Virus record (IMG/VR): IMGVR_UViG_3300034980_000520
Span: 8,249-72,248 of that record
From: a virus
DNA length: 64,000 bases
Reading direction: 5' to 3' (one strand)
The translations under genes were made by a program, and so were the position numbers. Positions 63,313 through 64,000 of this stretch are shown here, piece after piece; within the stretch, counting starts at the first letter, position 1, and the number at the start of each line of letters is the position of its first letter. Under the pieces are notes generated by a model, which had not been told where the DNA came from, did no database searches, and saw nothing but the letters and a program-made list of their open reading frames with translations.

Positions 63313-64000
63313 ATGGACATATCTACAGGCAGTTGGTTCGAGTATCTTCGAGAAGAAGTTTTAATAGAGGGGCTGCGAGACATAGGACTCCCCGAGAGAA
63401 TCGTGGACTTTATTGAGAACGCAATGCCGCAGGCACCCGAGAAGTCAAAGACATACGTAGGTAACCAGTGGAAGAAGTGGAAGCTGAATCCTGCCTACGC
63501 TGCGCGCCCGCAACTTTTCTGGGTTAAGTGGATGCAGGAGAACTTCGAGGACCAGATACAGGTAAACATCGACCCAACGTCTGGCGTAAACCAGGGCGAG
63601 ATTGTCGCACGCACAATCACCCCCTACCGCGTCGACCGCGACGTTGGACCGCAGCAGCGCGAGCAATACGATGAAGAAACCATCGAGCAAAACAAGAAGA
63701 TCGCTTTCGTTGTACAGAATGTAAAAGCTGCTATCGCCAAGCCCCCCGGTACATGGCGCAAGTCATTCATGAAGGCAACCAAGGCGTTAAGCAAAGCCGG
63801 CACACCTTCTGAAAAGGTCGAGAAAGCAAAAGAATTCCTCCAAGAATTTTATATATCAGAGTTCCGTAGGTATTGGAATAGTTTTAGTGAGTTGTTCTCG
63901 TGGTTAAACAGCGAGCCAACCAACTATGAAATGATCAAGGGCGAAGATGATCTTTATGAAGCTCAGAAGATCGCCATCGAGGACTTAAACACCCGAGAAG
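63313..64000 (+). CDS. 3'-truncated hypothetical late protein
   Basis: Late motif at 63287, SD GGAG, ATG 63313, open frame MDISTGSWFEYLREEVLIEGLRDIGLP... running off the window end. Confidence 0.7.
   Translation, partial: MDISTGSWFEYLREEVLIEGLRDIGLPERIVDFIENAMPQAPEKSKTYVGNQWKKWKLNPAYAARPQLFWVKWMQENFEDQIQVNIDPTSGVNQGEIVARTITPYRVDRDVGPQQREQYDEETIEQNKKIAFVVQNVKAAIAKPPGTWRKSFMKATKALSKAGTPSEKVEKAKEFLQEFYISEFRRYWNSFSELFSWLNSEPTNYEMIKGEDDLYEAQKIAIEDLNTRE

Noticed and set aside
1-64000. Alternative genetic code (TAG/TGA recoding), tRNAs, CRISPR arrays, introns/inteins
   Set aside because: Conserved genes are full length in code 11 and all three stops end genes. By eye I saw no cloverleaf, no spaced repeats and no interrupted genes, though a tRNAscan or Infernal run was not possible.

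Overview
This window is a 64-kb segment of a large T4-like contractile-tailed (myovirus-type) bacteriophage genome. Nearly all genes lie on the + strand, tightly packed, in the standard genetic code. The region from 1 to 31 kb is a morphogenesis block: gp21-like prohead protease, ribosomal protein bS21, a cluster of paralogous fibre/decoration genes, scaffold, gp23-like major capsid, neck, tail terminator, sheath, tube, tail chaperone, tape measure and baseplate. The region from 31 to 64 kb covers replication, metabolism and host takeover: a mini family-A polymerase, a degenerate tubulin/FtsZ, gp32-like SSB, RecA/UvsX, DenV-like glycosylase, 5'-3' exonuclease, DnaB-like helicase, class II RNR, DnaE, GroES/GroEL, a J-domain protein, two ClpP, an amidase endolysin, methylases, IMPDH/GMPR and PMM. 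Two promoter classes are visible: sigma70 TTGACA-17-TATAAT, and a recurring late motif CTANTTA. The most notable unexplained signals are: (1) two near-identical H-type RNA pseudoknots between the SSB gene and recA, resembling the T4/T2 gene 32 translational operator; (2) a T7 slippery site that fuses the tail-chaperone pair by a +1/-2 frameshift rather than -1; (3) a MYXO-CTERM-like surface protein that points to a Myxococcota host; (4) a dispersed chaperone/protease set; (5) several apparent pseudo-enzymes. All protein calls come from motif recognition by eye, not from database searches.
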